Source of the DNA: Escherichia coli phage vB_EcoM_Shy
Strand: one strand, 5' to 3'
Sequence record: MT833282.1
Length of the DNA stretch: 64,000 nt
Below are positions 34,184 to 50,678 of this stretch, piece by piece. Position 1 is the first letter of the stretch, and the number at the start of each line of letters is the position of its first letter. The notes under the pieces are model-generated. The model worked only from the letters and a program-made list of their open reading frames with translations, made no database searches and was not told the origin of the DNA. The position numbers were made by a program, and so were the translations under genes.

Positions 34184-35650
34184 ATGGCAGAAATTACAGA
34201 AACACAAGAAAGCTTACCACCATTTAGAATGGGTGAAGTAGGCTCTTTGGGTCTGAAGGTTAAGAATGGTAGAATCTATGAAGAACCTCGTCAGGCACTA
34301 AGGTTCCCTGAAAGTATTAAAACTTTCCAATTAATGATGCGTGACCCTGCTGTAGCAGCATCTGTAAATATTATTAAGATGTTTGTCAGAAAAGTCAACT
34401 GGAGATTCGTACCTCCAAAGGGAAAAGAGCAAGACCCTAAAATGCTTGAAAGAGCAGACTTCTTTAATTCTTTAATGGATGACATGGAGCATGATTGGGC
34501 AGATTTTATTAACTCTGTAATGTCATTCTGCACTTATGGGTTCTGTGTTAACGAAAAGGTTTATAAGAAACGTCAGGGTAAAAAAGGAAAGTATCAGTCA
34601 AAATTTGATGATGGTCTAATTGGGTGGGCTAAATTACCAATCAGAAATCAATCAACGCTTGATAAGTGGTATTTTGACGAAGACTTTAGAAAAGTTACTG
34701 GTGTTAGACAAAATCTAAGAAATGTTTCACATATTGCTGGAGCAATTAATCTTGGGGAAAGACCACTAACAAGAAAACTTCCACGAGCTAAATTCATGCT
34801 GTTTAAGTATGATGATGAGTATGGTAACCCAGAAGGTCGTTCACCATTACTTAATGCTTATGTACCGTGGAAGTATAAAGTACAGATTGAAGAGTATGAA
34901 GCTGTTGGTGTTTCAAGAGACTTAGTAGGTATGCCAAAGATTGGTTTACCACCAGATTATCTGGATGAAAATGCAGAACCTGAAAAGAAAGCTTTCGTAC
35001 AATACTGCAAAACTGTTGTTAATGATATGATTGCTAACGACAGAGCAGGTTTAATCTGGCCTAGATATATCGACCCAGATACTAAAGAGGATATTTTTGA
35101 GTTCTCATTAGTTTCTAGACAGGGTGCTAAAGCGTATGACACAGGTTCTATCATTGACAGATATTCCAAGCAGATTATGATGGCATTTATGTCAGATGTT
35201 CTTGCTATGGGCCAATCAAAATATGGTTCATTCTCTCTTGCAGATTCTAAGACAAGCTTATTAGCAATGTCAGTAGATATTCTGCTGAAGCAAATTAAGA
35301 ACGTAATTAACCGTGACTTAGTTGCACAGACTTATGCTCTTAATATGTGGGATGATGAAGAACATGTACAAATCACATATGATGATATCGAAACTCCAGA
35401 CCTTGAAGCAATTGGTTCTTATATTCAGAAGACTGTTGCAGTAGGTGCTTTGGAAGTTGACAAAGAGCTATCTAATAAACTTAGAGAGCATATTGGTCTT
35501 CCTCCTGCTGATGAGTCTCAGCCAGTATCTGAAAAGCTTTCTCCAAATAGCCAAAGCCGTTCAGGAGATGGTTATAAGACCGCTGGAGAAGGTACTGCAA
35601 AGACACCTTCAGCGAAAGACCCAAGCACAGCAAATAAGGCAAATAAATAA
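34184..35650 (+). CDS. portal protein (probable)
   Basis: about 490-aa ORF immediately after TerL in the canonical order; start set to ATG 34184 (track start is GTG). Confidence 0.6.
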   Translation: MAEITETQESLPPFRMGEVGSLGLKVKNGRIYEEPRQALRFPESIKTFQLMMRDPAVAASVNIIKMFVRKVNWRFVPPKGKEQDPKMLERADFFNSLMDDMEHDWADFINSVMSFCTYGFCVNEKVYKKRQGKKGKYQSKFDDGLIGWAKLPIRNQSTLDKWYFDEDFRKVTGVRQNLRNVSHIAGAINLGERPLTRKLPRAKFMLFKYDDEYGNPEGRSPLLNAYVPWKYKVQIEEYEAVGVSRDLVGMPKIGLPPDYLDENAEPEKKAFVQYCKTVVNDMIANDRAGLIWPRYIDPDTKEDIFEFSLVSRQGAKAYDTGSIIDRYSKQIMMAFMSDVLAMGQSKYGSFSLADSKTSLLAMSVDILLKQIKNVINRDLVAQTYALNMWDDEEHVQITYDDIETPDLEAIGSYIQKTVAVGALEVDKELSNKLREHIGLPPADESQPVSEKLSPNSQSRSGDGYKTAGEGTAKTPSAKDPSTANKANK

Positions 35651-36150
35651 TGGCTGAAGTTATCTCTATTTCAAATGCTACACGAGTGCATTCGTATAGA
35701 GGTGTCCTTATCATTACTGATAAGCTATCTGTAGAGGCTGGCTCAAGGGTCAGTCTTTCAGGTTATGTTAGTGATGGTGGAATCTCTGACGTTTTCACTA
35801 TTTGTAGGTTACTTGATGCACCAATGAGTGGAAAACCGTTTATTTCAGGAAATTGTAGTGAAATTGTTAAAATTCCATTTGACAGTTCATGCCTTTTGGG
35901 TGTAAAGTTATATAACTGCGAGAATAAACGTATCAATGTTAATAGCATTGAAGCCGCTTTCATTACCCTCGACACTGCATTTCAATCTCCAATGACAGTT
36001 AATAAAGAAACAAACAGACTTGAATACATTTTTTCACAAAATGATTACAAAGTACTTGTCAAAGGTAAAGTATATGATATGATTGTAAATGTGGTAGATG
36101 AATCTGGTAACCATTCAACAGTCCTTAAACAAAAAGTAAGGTTTAATTAA
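35650..36150 (+). CDS. hypothetical protein
   Basis: 166-aa ORF coupled to the portal gene. Confidence 0.45.
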   Translation: MAEVISISNATRVHSYRGVLIITDKLSVEAGSRVSLSGYVSDGGISDVFTICRLLDAPMSGKPFISGNCSEIVKIPFDSSCLLGVKLYNCENKRINVNSIEAAFITLDTAFQSPMTVNKETNRLEYIFSQNDYKVLVKGKVYDMIVNVVDESGNHSTVLKQKVRFN

Positions 36151-36482
36151 TGGGAACATTAACTATTGATGGTAAGAATAAAATCCTCGCCACGCTAACC
36201 CCAACGACTATTATTTTACACAATGTAGACCCAACGGCAGACCCTACAGCAAATAAGGTTACTCAGCCAGTGGCTATTTATTTTTCTGAACCGGATAATG
36301 GCTTAATTGCCTCAGAAGACACAGTTAATATTACTGTTCCAGCTTCTGCAACGGTCTCACACTATAGCTTGTGGGATGCTAACGATAAATGCGTGGCAAC
36401 TGGTGCTCTTAGCAAACCTCAATTCTTTGCTGAAGAAGGTATCTATGTTATCTCTTCAGTCTCTGTAGATTTAAACAAATAG
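36150..36482 (+). CDS. hypothetical protein
   Basis: 110-aa ORF. Confidence 0.45.
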   Translation: MGTLTIDGKNKILATLTPTTIILHNVDPTADPTANKVTQPVAIYFSEPDNGLIASEDTVNITVPASATVSHYSLWDANDKCVATGALSKPQFFAEEGIYVISSVSVDLNK

Positions 36483-36493
36483 GGTGAGTAAAA

Positions 36494-37840
36494 ATGAGTT
36501 CGAATATCTTCAGACTTGCTGATAGATTATTCAACCAACCTTTACTAGCCACTGAATCATTAGCTCACTCAGCAGCAACTTATGTGAATAACAGATTGCT
36601 GGGTGATGTCCAAGCAGCAGTAAACTTTGATAACCCAAAAGGTGATGCAAGAAGTCTTTTAAAAGTAAAAGATGACATTGCTATTATCCCTATTATGGGT
36701 GGTTTAACTCATCGTATGACATTCATTGATGCAATGTGTACAGGTGGTCTAAGCTCTTATGAAGGTTTACGTAGAGGCTTTGACGAAGCTTTAGCAGATG
36801 AGTCAATCAAGACTATTGTTCTGCATATTGATTCTGGTGGTGGTGAAGCTTCAGGTTGCTTTGAATTAGCACGTCACATTATGGCTTCAAGAGGCCAAAA
36901 GAAAATTATTGCTTATGTAGATGAGTTCGCTTGTTCCGCTGCATATGCCCTTGCATCTTCTGCTGAAGAAATTATTGCATCACCAGATGCAGATGTTGGT
37001 TCTATTGGTGTAATCATGGTTCATCAGGAATTAACTAAGGCATTTGAAAAGAATGGCGTAACAATTAACGTCATCAAAGCTGGTGAGTTTAAAGGTATGG
37101 GTTCGCCATTCCAAGCACTTTCAGAAGAAAGCAAAGAAAGACTTCAAAAGAGAATTAATGATACCTACGCAACCTTTACAGGTTTTGTAGCTGAATCTCG
37201 TAATCTCTCTGAAGAAGCTGTAAAGAATACTGAGGCGAATGTTTATTCTGCTCAGGAAGCTCTTGAACTTGGTTTAATTAATTCAATCATGTCTCAAGAT
37301 GATTTCTTAAATTACTTACAAGGTTCTGAAGAGGCTCCTGTAAGTTTAAACGTTAACAATTCAGGTGAAGAAATGACTGAACAAGAAAAGCAAGAACTAG
37401 AAGCTTTGCGTCTTCAGGTTGCTCAAATGAAAGCTAAAGAACAGGAAGCTGCTTTGTCAGATTTGACTAATAAGATTTCTGCTTCTGCTGAAGCTTTTGG
37501 ATTTGATGCAAAAGAAGCTGCAACGACTATTTTAGGTGCTGGTCTTGATAACCCTCTGAGCGTTCTGTTTATGAATGCTATGGAAGGTGCTAACCAGAAA
37601 CTTAATGAAACTATCGCGTCCCATGCTTCTGCAATGGAAGAAAAAGAATCAGAAATTACCAAGCTGAAAGAAACTGCTGGTGCTGTTCTTGAACATTCCA
37701 ACGCTATGGAAGAAGTGGGTAATGACGGCGAAGCTGATTTAGTTGAAGAAGAAAAAGAACCAGCTAAGAATGCTTCCGAAGACACCGCTGAACAACGCAA
37801 ACTGGCTCTCCAGAATGCTCTAAAATCTCTTATCAAATAA
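36494..37840 (+). CDS. prohead protease (S49/ClpP-like) with C-terminal coiled-coil scaffold-like domain
   Basis: S49 peptidase-like core (IVLHIDSGGGEASG, FACSAAYALASSAEEI, GSIGVIM) followed by about 170 aa of E/K/A-rich helical sequence. Confidence 0.8.
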   Translation: MSSNIFRLADRLFNQPLLATESLAHSAATYVNNRLLGDVQAAVNFDNPKGDARSLLKVKDDIAIIPIMGGLTHRMTFIDAMCTGGLSSYEGLRRGFDEALADESIKTIVLHIDSGGGEASGCFELARHIMASRGQKKIIAYVDEFACSAAYALASSAEEIIASPDADVGSIGVIMVHQELTKAFEKNGVTINVIKAGEFKGMGSPFQALSEESKERLQKRINDTYATFTGFVAESRNLSEEAVKNTEANVYSAQEALELGLINSIMSQDDFLNYLQGSEEAPVSLNVNNSGEEMTEQEKQELEALRLQVAQMKAKEQEAALSDLTNKISASAEAFGFDAKEAATTILGAGLDNPLSVLFMNAMEGANQKLNETIASHASAMEEKESEITKLKETAGAVLEHSNAMEEVGNDGEADLVEEEKEPAKNASEDTAEQRKLALQNALKSLIK

Positions 37841-37851
37841 GGAACACAATA

Positions 37852-38229
37852 ATGGCATATCAAGGTTTTACTAAGTTAGGTAAAAGAGAACCTCTGAATG
37901 ATATCATTCTTTGGGAACAGGTTACCCCAACAGGCCACTCTCGTAAAGAGTACACCCCACAGGCATCTACAGAATATCGTGTAGGTGATGTTCTGAAGGC
38001 AGACGGTACTAAAGTTACAGCAGGGCAAGAAGCTCAGGCTGATTCGGTATGTATCGTTAACTTCTATGCAGACCTGCAACTGTCTTACCACGGTCAGTTG
38101 AAAGTTGTTGGTATTTACCGCGACGCAGAACTAAAAGACCTGCTTACTCTTGAGTCAGGTGTTGATGCTGCCGCAGTCAAGACAGCTCTGGCTGCTAAAG
38201 GTATCGATTTCGTACCAACTGGCCTGTAA
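37852..38229 (+). CDS. head decoration-like protein (lambda gpD position)
   Basis: 125-aa ORF between protease and major capsid gene; assignment by position and size. Confidence 0.4.
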   Translation: MAYQGFTKLGKREPLNDIILWEQVTPTGHSRKEYTPQASTEYRVGDVLKADGTKVTAGQEAQADSVCIVNFYADLQLSYHGQLKVVGIYRDAELKDLLTLESGVDAAAVKTALAAKGIDFVPTGL

Positions 38230-38262
38230 TAACAATAATAAGACATTCTGGAGAATTTTACA

Positions 38263-39369
38263 ATGTTGACTAATTCTGAAAAAAGCAGATTTTTCCTTGC
38301 TGACCTGACTGGTGAAGTCCAGTCTATCCCAAATACTTATGGGTATATTTCCAACTTAGGTCTGTTCCGTTCAGCACCAATCACCCAAACTACTTTCCTT
38401 ATGGATTTGACTGATTGGGATGTTAGCTTGCTTGATGCGGTAGACCGTGATAGCCGTAAAGCAGAGACTAGCGCACCTGAGCGTGTTCGTCAAATCAGCT
38501 TCCCAATGATGTACTTCAAAGAAGTTGAAAGCATTACTCCTGATGAAATTCAGGGTGTACGTCAGCCAGGCACTGCAAACGAACTGACTACTGAAGCTGT
38601 AGTACGTGCTAAGAAGCTGATGAAGATTCGTACCAAGTTCGATATTACTCGTGAGTTCCTGTTTATGCAAGCTCTGAAGGGTAAAGTTGTTGATGCTCGT
38701 GGTACTCTGTATGCTGACCTGTACAAGCAGTTCGACGTTGAGAAGAAGACTGTTTACTTCGACCTTGACAACCCTAATGCTGACATCGACGCTTCTATTG
38801 AAGAACTGCGTATGCACATGGAAGACGAAGCTAAGACTGGCACTGTAATCAACGGTGAAGAAATTCACGTAGTTGTTGACCGTGTATTCTTCAGCAAGCT
38901 GACTAAACACCCTAAGATTCGTGATGCCTATCTTGCACAGCAGACCCCACTGGCTTGGCAACAGATTACTGGTTCTCTGAGAACTGGTGGTACTGACGGC
39001 GTTCAGGCTCACATGAACACTTTCTACTACGGTGGTGTTAAGTTTGTCCAGTACAACGGTAAGTTCAAAGACAAGCGTGGTAAGGTTCATACTCTGGTGA
39101 GCATTGATGGTGCTGGTGCAGAGGTTGGTGTAGGACACGCTTTCCCTAACGTTTCTATGCTGGGTGAAGCAAACAACATCTTCGAAGTGGCTTATGGCCC
39201 ATGCCCTAAGATGGGTTACGCAAATACACTTGGTCAGGAACTGTATGTATTCGAATACGAAAAAGACCGTGATGAAGGTATTGACTTCGAAGCTCACTCT
39301 TACATGCTGCCATACTGTACTCGTCCTCAGTTGCTGGTAGACGTTCGTTCTGACGCTAAAGACGAATAA
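38263..39369 (+). CDS. major capsid protein
   Basis: 368-aa ORF in the lambda C-D-E-like order after protease and decoration gene. Confidence 0.7.
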   Translation: MLTNSEKSRFFLADLTGEVQSIPNTYGYISNLGLFRSAPITQTTFLMDLTDWDVSLLDAVDRDSRKAETSAPERVRQISFPMMYFKEVESITPDEIQGVRQPGTANELTTEAVVRAKKLMKIRTKFDITREFLFMQALKGKVVDARGTLYADLYKQFDVEKKTVYFDLDNPNADIDASIEELRMHMEDEAKTGTVINGEEIHVVVDRVFFSKLTKHPKIRDAYLAQQTPLAWQQITGSLRTGGTDGVQAHMNTFYYGGVKFVQYNGKFKDKRGKVHTLVSIDGAGAEVGVGHAFPNVSMLGEANNIFEVAYGPCPKMGYANTLGQELYVFEYEKDRDEGIDFEAHSYMLPYCTRPQLLVDVRSDAKDE

Positions 39370-39390
39370 TATTCTTAAGGAGGGTTATGA

Positions 39391-39840
39391 ATGTGTTATA
39401 CAGGCGACCCAGCCAATAACCCTCTTGATAGAGTAAGAATCCTCTGCACAGACACCAATAATGATGAAATTCTTATTGAACAGTCTGTGCTAGAGTGGTT
39501 CTATCTAGAATCTGGAAAGGATGAAAAGAAAGCAGCCATCAAAGCTCTTAAATATTTACTCTTTCAAGTAGCCAAGATGGGAGATGAGAAGGTTGGTGGT
39601 GTTTATTTACGTAACTCTTCCAGATTCAAATCTCTGAAAGCTGTTTATGATGACCTTGTTAAAAGCTCTGTTTCAGGACTACCCTATGCAGGTGGTATTA
39701 ACCAGTGCGATATTGATATGCGTCGTCAGAATCCTTGCTCTGTCAAGAAATACACAGAATATGGTGATGCTGCCAGATACGAAGGCAGAGATTACTGCAA
39801 CCGTGTTAATGGCGTATTTATTATCGAGCGAGATGAATAA
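39391..39840 (+). CDS. head-tail connector or head completion protein (putative)
   Basis: 149-aa ORF after the major capsid gene; by position. Confidence 0.35.
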   Translation: MCYTGDPANNPLDRVRILCTDTNNDEILIEQSVLEWFYLESGKDEKKAAIKALKYLLFQVAKMGDEKVGGVYLRNSSRFKSLKAVYDDLVKSSVSGLPYAGGINQCDIDMRRQNPCSVKKYTEYGDAARYEGRDYCNRVNGVFIIERDE

Positions 39841-40322
39841 TGGTTAAAAGGGTTATTCACCCCGCTAGAGCAAAATTAGTCGGGGCTATGAAGAACTTGC
39901 AAACGGCTAATGCTCAAGTTGGGTATTTTCAAGAACAAGGTCAACATAGCTCTGGTTTTTCTTATCCTGCTTTAATGTATTTGCAAGAAGTTATTGGGGT
40001 TCCCTCAGCTTCTGGTAAAGTATATCGTAGGTTGTTTGAAATCACTATGATGCTAAACAGACAGACCTTGTTAGAGCAGACTAAGAAGAATCTATATAAG
40101 CAACTTAGCAGTCTCAACACAGACCCTTCAAATACCTTAGAAGCATTTGCAAAGAATGCTCAAAAGGCAATTAAAAGAGGTTTTGGTAATTCTGCTATCC
40201 TCCCTCCTAACGCACCTTCCACAGTCAAGAAAAAAGGCTTTAATGCACCTCTTGTTGAGACAGGTGACTTAAGGGATAACCTTGCTTATAAAATTTCTAC
40301 TAAGAAGGGTATTAAAAAATGA
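39840..40322 (+). CDS. head-tail joining protein (putative)
   Basis: 160-aa ORF, coupled. Confidence 0.35.
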   Translation: MVKRVIHPARAKLVGAMKNLQTANAQVGYFQEQGQHSSGFSYPALMYLQEVIGVPSASGKVYRRLFEITMMLNRQTLLEQTKKNLYKQLSSLNTDPSNTLEAFAKNAQKAIKRGFGNSAILPPNAPSTVKKKGFNAPLVETGDLRDNLAYKISTKKGIKK

Positions 40323-40720
40323 GACTCTTAAACAGACACAGCTTTGTAGTAAAGCGCAAAGCCTCTGAAGATGGTTATTACAATGATGATGGTGATTGGG
40401 TAGCTTCACAAGATATTGTAGAGGTTAACTGTAAAGGTAATATCCAGCCATATATCAAAGGTTCTGTAAAGAATGGTACACAGATTGCTTTACCGGAAGG
40501 TATCAGACTTACCGATACAAGAATCCTGTATACTACATATAAACTTAGAACTTCAGATGATGTAGAGTGGAATGAGTCTGACATTGTTATGATTGATGGT
40601 CATGAGTATGAAGTATTTATGACTATGGATTGGTCACAGCAATTAGCCCATACGTCCCATTATGAATATATCATTATTAGAAGGGATAAAATGAATGCAG
40701 TTAGAAACAGCAGAACTTGA
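40319..40720 (+). CDS. tail completion or neck protein (putative)
   Basis: 133-aa ORF, coupled. Confidence 0.35.
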   Translation: MRLLNRHSFVVKRKASEDGYYNDDGDWVASQDIVEVNCKGNIQPYIKGSVKNGTQIALPEGIRLTDTRILYTTYKLRTSDDVEWNESDIVMIDGHEYEVFMTMDWSQQLAHTSHYEYIIIRRDKMNAVRNSRT

Positions 40721-41294
40721 AAAAGGTCTAGTTAGAACCTTAGTGGATGTTATTGGTCACAGACTAGCTCGTGATAAAAATAATAGACCAAATGTAATTA
40801 GAGCTTACCCTTCTGATAACTCAAATGACAAAGGTTTAAAACCTGACCAGCCATTTATTACCGTATATTGTCAAGACGCTGCAACACCTTATGGTTGGGT
40901 TCTTGATAAGTTTGTTGAGGATGATGTAGTTTGCTACAGAATTGCTTTTCAGATTCCAGTATTAATTACGGTAAATGGTAAAGGTGCTCACAGTATTATG
41001 CTTGAGCTTAAACAACGATTAGAGATGAGTTCAGTCAGAGATTTAATTCTTGAAGAGACAGGAGCTACAGTTTTAGACACTGGAGCTATCCCAAATGACT
41101 ACACTTATCTTAATACAGATTTCGAAAATTCTGCACCTCTTGTTGTAACTCTTGTAAAAAATTCAGTCCTGAAAGATGAACGTGGAAGTATTATTGAGCG
41201 TGTCATTGTTGATGGTGAATTAGTTTACGAAGAAGGACAAGAGCCACCAGAATATACTATCCATCTAGATGTAGACTCCAAAGGGGTAAAATAA
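40695..41294 (+). CDS. neck or tail terminator protein (putative)
   Basis: 199-aa ORF, coupled. Confidence 0.35.
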   Translation: MQLETAELEKGLVRTLVDVIGHRLARDKNNRPNVIRAYPSDNSNDKGLKPDQPFITVYCQDAATPYGWVLDKFVEDDVVCYRIAFQIPVLITVNGKGAHSIMLELKQRLEMSSVRDLILEETGATVLDTGAIPNDYTYLNTDFENSAPLVVTLVKNSVLKDERGSIIERVIVDGELVYEEGQEPPEYTIHLDVDSKGVK

Positions 41295-42647
41295 ATGTGG
41301 AATCCAATTGTTAATGTAGATATTACATTGAACACCGCAGGAACTACAAGAGAAGGTTTTGGGCTGCCACTATTTTTAGCTTCAACAGATAACTTTGAAG
41401 AAAGAGTCCGTGGTTACACTTCCTTAACTGAAGTTGCTGAAGATTTCGATGAAAATTCTGCTGCATATAAGGCTGCTAAACAACTTTGGAGTCAGACTCC
41501 TAAAGTAACTCAGCTTTATATTGGTAGACGTGCTATGCAGTACACTGTATCAATTCCTGATGAGGTTACTGAGAGCACCGACTATTCTTTAACTGTAGCT
41601 GTGAGCGGTGGAGTTTCTCAGCCATTCCAGTACACTTCACAGTCAGAAGATACTGCTGAGAAGGTGCTACAGCAGCTTAAAACTCAGATTGAAGCAGAAC
41701 CTTCTGTAAAAGACCTTGTTACTGTCAATGTAACTGGTGCTGGCGGTTCAGCAACAATGGTAATCACCAAAGCTGGTGTCAACGACTTCGTGAAGGTTAC
41801 TACTACAGCACAAACAGTGTCAATTGCAAGCACAACTGCTGACACAGCATCGACTGCTCTGGCAGCTATTGAAGCGTATTCAACTGACTGGTATTTCATT
41901 GCAGCAGAAGACAGAACTCAACAGTTTGTCTTAGCAATGGCTTCTGAGATTCAAGCTCGTAAGAAGATTTTCTTTACAGCTAACTCTGATGTAGCAGCAC
42001 TGCAAGGTACAGAATTAGCCAGTGCAAATGACGTTCCAGCACAACTTGCTAAGAATAAGTACACTCGTACAGTTTGCTTGTGGCATCACACAGCAGCAGA
42101 AGACTACCCAGAAATGGCTTATATTGCTTATGGTGCTCCGTATGATGCAGGTTCAATTGCTTGGGGTAACGCACAGCTAACTGGTGTAGCTGCTTCTCTA
42201 CAGCCATCTAATCAGAGACCTCTGACAAGTATTCAGAAGTCAGCTTTAGATGCACGTCACTGTAACTTTATTGACCTTGATGGTGGTGTTCCAGTGGTTC
42301 GTAGAGGGATTACTTCTGGTGGGGAATGGATTGATATCATCCGTGGTGTTGACTGGTTAGAATCAGACCTGAAAACTTCTCTGAGAGACTTGCTAATTAA
42401 CCAGAAGGGTGGTAAGATTACTTATGATGATACTGGTATTACCCGTATTCGTCAAGTCATTGAAACCTCTCTGCAAAGAGCAGTCAACAGAAACTTCCTG
42501 TCATCTTACACAGTTAATGTTCCTAAAGCCTCTCAAGTTGCTTTGGCAGACAAGAAAGCTCGTATCCTGAAAGATGTTACCTTCGCAGGTATCTTAGCAG
42601 GGGCTATCTTGGATGTTGACTTGAAAGGTACAGTGGCTTACGAATAA
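41295..42647 (+). CDS. tail sheath (or major tail) protein
   Basis: 450-aa ORF first in the tail module, followed by a 148-aa tube-sized ORF, two small ORFs and the tape measure. Confidence 0.55.
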   Translation: MWNPIVNVDITLNTAGTTREGFGLPLFLASTDNFEERVRGYTSLTEVAEDFDENSAAYKAAKQLWSQTPKVTQLYIGRRAMQYTVSIPDEVTESTDYSLTVAVSGGVSQPFQYTSQSEDTAEKVLQQLKTQIEAEPSVKDLVTVNVTGAGGSATMVITKAGVNDFVKVTTTAQTVSIASTTADTASTALAAIEAYSTDWYFIAAEDRTQQFVLAMASEIQARKKIFFTANSDVAALQGTELASANDVPAQLAKNKYTRTVCLWHHTAAEDYPEMAYIAYGAPYDAGSIAWGNAQLTGVAASLQPSNQRPLTSIQKSALDARHCNFIDLDGGVPVVRRGITSGGEWIDIIRGVDWLESDLKTSLRDLLINQKGGKITYDDTGITRIRQVIETSLQRAVNRNFLSSYTVNVPKASQVALADKKARILKDVTFAGILAGAILDVDLKGTVAYE

Positions 42648-42662
42648 TAGAGGTAAATTGGA

Positions 42663-43109
42663 ATGGCTATGTATCAGCAATATTCCCCTAAAGACGTTGT
42701 GTGTAGCTGGAATGGTATTGCCATTGAAGGCTTTGCCCCAGATTCATTCTTACGTCTACAGAGAACATCACCACTTGTGACACCAGTTGTAGGTGCAGGT
42801 GGTCAGGTTGCTCTGACAAGAAATGCAGACAAGACAGGTACTATTGAGATTGAGCTAATGCAGACTTCTCTCTCTAATCAGATGCTTTCTGCAATTCAAG
42901 CTAAACAAGACAATATGGAACTTGAAGAAGATATCTCTTCTAACTTCGTAATCTACGACCCATCAGGCTCTGTTCTGGCAACTGGTATTAATGCTTGGTT
43001 GCAGGAATTACCACAGATTGAACTTGGTCGTGACCAGAACTCTAAAACTTGGATTTTTGGTTGTGAGAAGCTAGACTATACTTCTACAATTCCAGCGTCA
43101 AGTGTTTAA
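42663..43109 (+). CDS. tail tube protein (putative)
   Basis: 148-aa ORF after the sheath candidate, followed by a terminator. Confidence 0.5.
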   Translation: MAMYQQYSPKDVVCSWNGIAIEGFAPDSFLRLQRTSPLVTPVVGAGGQVALTRNADKTGTIEIELMQTSLSNQMLSAIQAKQDNMELEEDISSNFVIYDPSGSVLATGINAWLQELPQIELGRDQNSKTWIFGCEKLDYTSTIPASSV

Positions 43110-43119
43110 TAAATCCTAT

Positions 43120-43152
43120 AAGGGGGAGACTTTAAAAGGTCTTCCCCTTTTT
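43120..43152 (+). terminator. rho-independent terminator after the tube gene
   Basis: GGGGGAGAC...GTCTTCCCC hairpin followed by TTTTTT. Confidence 0.6.
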
Positions 43153-43181
43153 TGTTTCTTTTAAAGTATTAAGGAATCACA

Positions 43182-43580
43182 ATGAAAACAGAATCTAGAG
43201 TAATTAATGGTAAGAAAGTAAATATCGTTCTGCTTGGGGCAAGAGATGGTATTAAGATGTCTATGAAGTTGGGTAAAATTGTTGTTCCAACCTTTGCACA
43301 GATGCTGTCAAGCCTGACTGATAAAGATAAGAAAGAAGCTCCAATGGTTCCATTTAAAGAACTTGTTGAAGCTTGTTTTGACAGAATTGAAGAAATTAAC
43401 CTTGAAGAAATGGCTACCATGTTATTTCAAGGGGCAACTGTTGATGACTTCCCACTTAATATTGATACATACTTCCAAGCAAACTACGGTGAATTTATTG
43501 ATTACTTAGCATTTGCGCTGGAGGCAAACTTCGGAAGTTTTTTCGAAGCAAGCATTTTCAAAAGCCTAACTTCTCAGTAA
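43182..43580 (+). CDS. tail assembly chaperone (putative)
   Basis: 132-aa acidic ORF immediately upstream of the tape measure. Confidence 0.45.
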   Translation: MKTESRVINGKKVNIVLLGARDGIKMSMKLGKIVVPTFAQMLSSLTDKDKKEAPMVPFKELVEACFDRIEEINLEEMATMLFQGATVDDFPLNIDTYFQANYGEFIDYLAFALEANFGSFFEASIFKSLTSQ

Positions 43581-43582
43581 AC

Positions 43583-43821
43583 ATGGGTAATACTCTACAG
43601 ACACCACTGACTGATGCTGCTGTAGAGGCAACCTATGAAGAAGCAGACGAGATGAAATTTGTGCTTGCTATTTATGGTATGGAAGGGTGTAAAGAAACAC
43701 TTGACCAACTCTTTGCTATGACATTCTCTGATTTATTATCATTGAGACAATTTCTTGAGATTCAGAGGTCGTATAAAGAGGAAATTGCTTACAACGAACT
43801 TAGAAGAGCAGGAAAAATGTA

Positions 43822-43822
<1 letters not shown>
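43583..43822 (+). CDS. tail assembly chaperone partner (putative)
   Basis: 79-aa ORF between chaperone and tape measure. Confidence 0.4.
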
Positions 43823-49206
<5,384 letters not shown>

Positions 49207-49207
<1 letters not shown>

Positions 49208-50676
49208 TGGCAGGATTAACTACAACAGGATTACAAACTCTAAGATATCAGGAGATTTTTGATAATATCAAATCAAGACTTCTTAGAGACATTTCACCAA
49301 ACCTTGACGTTTCTGAAGATAGTCAATTAGGTCTCTTCCTAGCTTCAATTGCAAGGTCTTTAGCAGATACTCATGAGATTCTATCAGAAGTCTATGACGG
49401 TGGAACAATTGACAAGGCCGAAGGCTTTAACCTTGATGATATTACCGCTTTAAACGCTGTATATAGGTATGTTGCACAGGCAACAAGAGGTCAGGTGGAG
49501 TTTACTGGAACCACTGGTGCTACTATTCCTTCAACAACAAGATTAAGAAGTACTGCCGGAAACATCTTTTACCCAGTTAACAACATTACACTTACCCCAT
49601 CATATTGTGTTGAAGCTGTCCTTGAAGTTAACTCTTTACGAACTGATGCAGATTATGTTATTATTATTGATAACGTCATTTTCTCATATAAACCAACCTC
49701 ATCAGACACAATCACCACACTTCTAACAAAATTAGCAGAAGCTATTAATGGTGGTATTGTAGCAAAGGCAGAAGTCATTAATGATGGAGCATCATTGAGA
49801 GTCTATAAAGATGAGGGTGATATCATTGCCAGAACAAACCCTATGGTTGTCACTGCGACAACATTTCTGACCTTTACAAAAATTACAACTATTTCAGATG
49901 TAGTAGCTGAAGAGGTGGGTGCTACCCCTGCTTTGGCTGGTACACTTATTGAGATTGAGACAACTGTTGATGGTCTTGACAGTATTTATAACAGGTATGA
50001 CTTAACAACTGGTAGAAATGAAGAAACTGACACAGAACTTAGACAGAGATATTTAGAATCCTTAGCAGTTACTGGTGTAGGAACTTTGGATGCAATTGTA
50101 GCTGCTGTTAAAAGAGTTCAAGGTGTCTCAGATGCTTCAGGTGTTGAAAATGATACTGAAGAGACAAACTCAGAAGGTCTTCCACCAAAATCTTTTAAGA
50201 TTGTTGTAGTTGGTGGTCAAAATGATAATGTCGCTCAGGCAATCTGGGATACAAAGCCTGCTGGTATTAGGGCTTATGGCTCAATTTTTGGTACAGCCCA
50301 TGATTTAGGTGGTTTGGCACATAATATTTATTTCAGCAGACCAACACCAAAATACGCATTTGTTAAGGTGTCTTACTCACTATATGATGAAGAAAGCTTG
50401 ACAATCCCTGAAGAGGATATCAGAGACAGCATTGTACAAGGTATTAATGCCTACGGAAGAACTCTTAAGGTTGGTAATGACGTTATCCCTAACAGAATCT
50501 ATGGACATATCTATGACGTAATTAAAGGTATTGAGATTAATGAAGTCAAGGTGGCATTATCAAACAGTCAATCAGTTCCACCTAGTGACGGACAATATAC
50601 TACAGCAAGAATTACTGTTGACGGTGACCAATATACTGTTTGGGAAAGCAGCCAGTATACCATCACTAAGGAGTAA
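49207..50676 (+). CDS. baseplate J-like protein (putative)
   Basis: 489-aa ORF in the baseplate string. Confidence 0.4.
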
Positions 50677-50678
50677 TA

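Noticed and set aside
32551-34184. Track start codons for the terminase (32551) and portal (34175) ORFs
   Set aside because: These positions are TTG and GTG; ATG codons at 32566 and 34184 are better spaced from GGAGG/AGGTGAG ribosome-binding sites, so I moved the starts.
33631-37863. Antisense ORFs inside terminase, portal and protease genes (33631-34047 -, 34291-34533 -, 37423-37863 -)
   Set aside because: Same reasoning: embedded antisense frames within confidently assigned sense genes, with no independent expression signals.
38371-39297. 308-aa antisense ORF inside the major capsid gene
   Set aside because: It runs opposite to a tightly coupled structural operon with no promoter or SD, and its product is low-complexity; long antisense ORFs are a common artefact opposite highly expressed genes.
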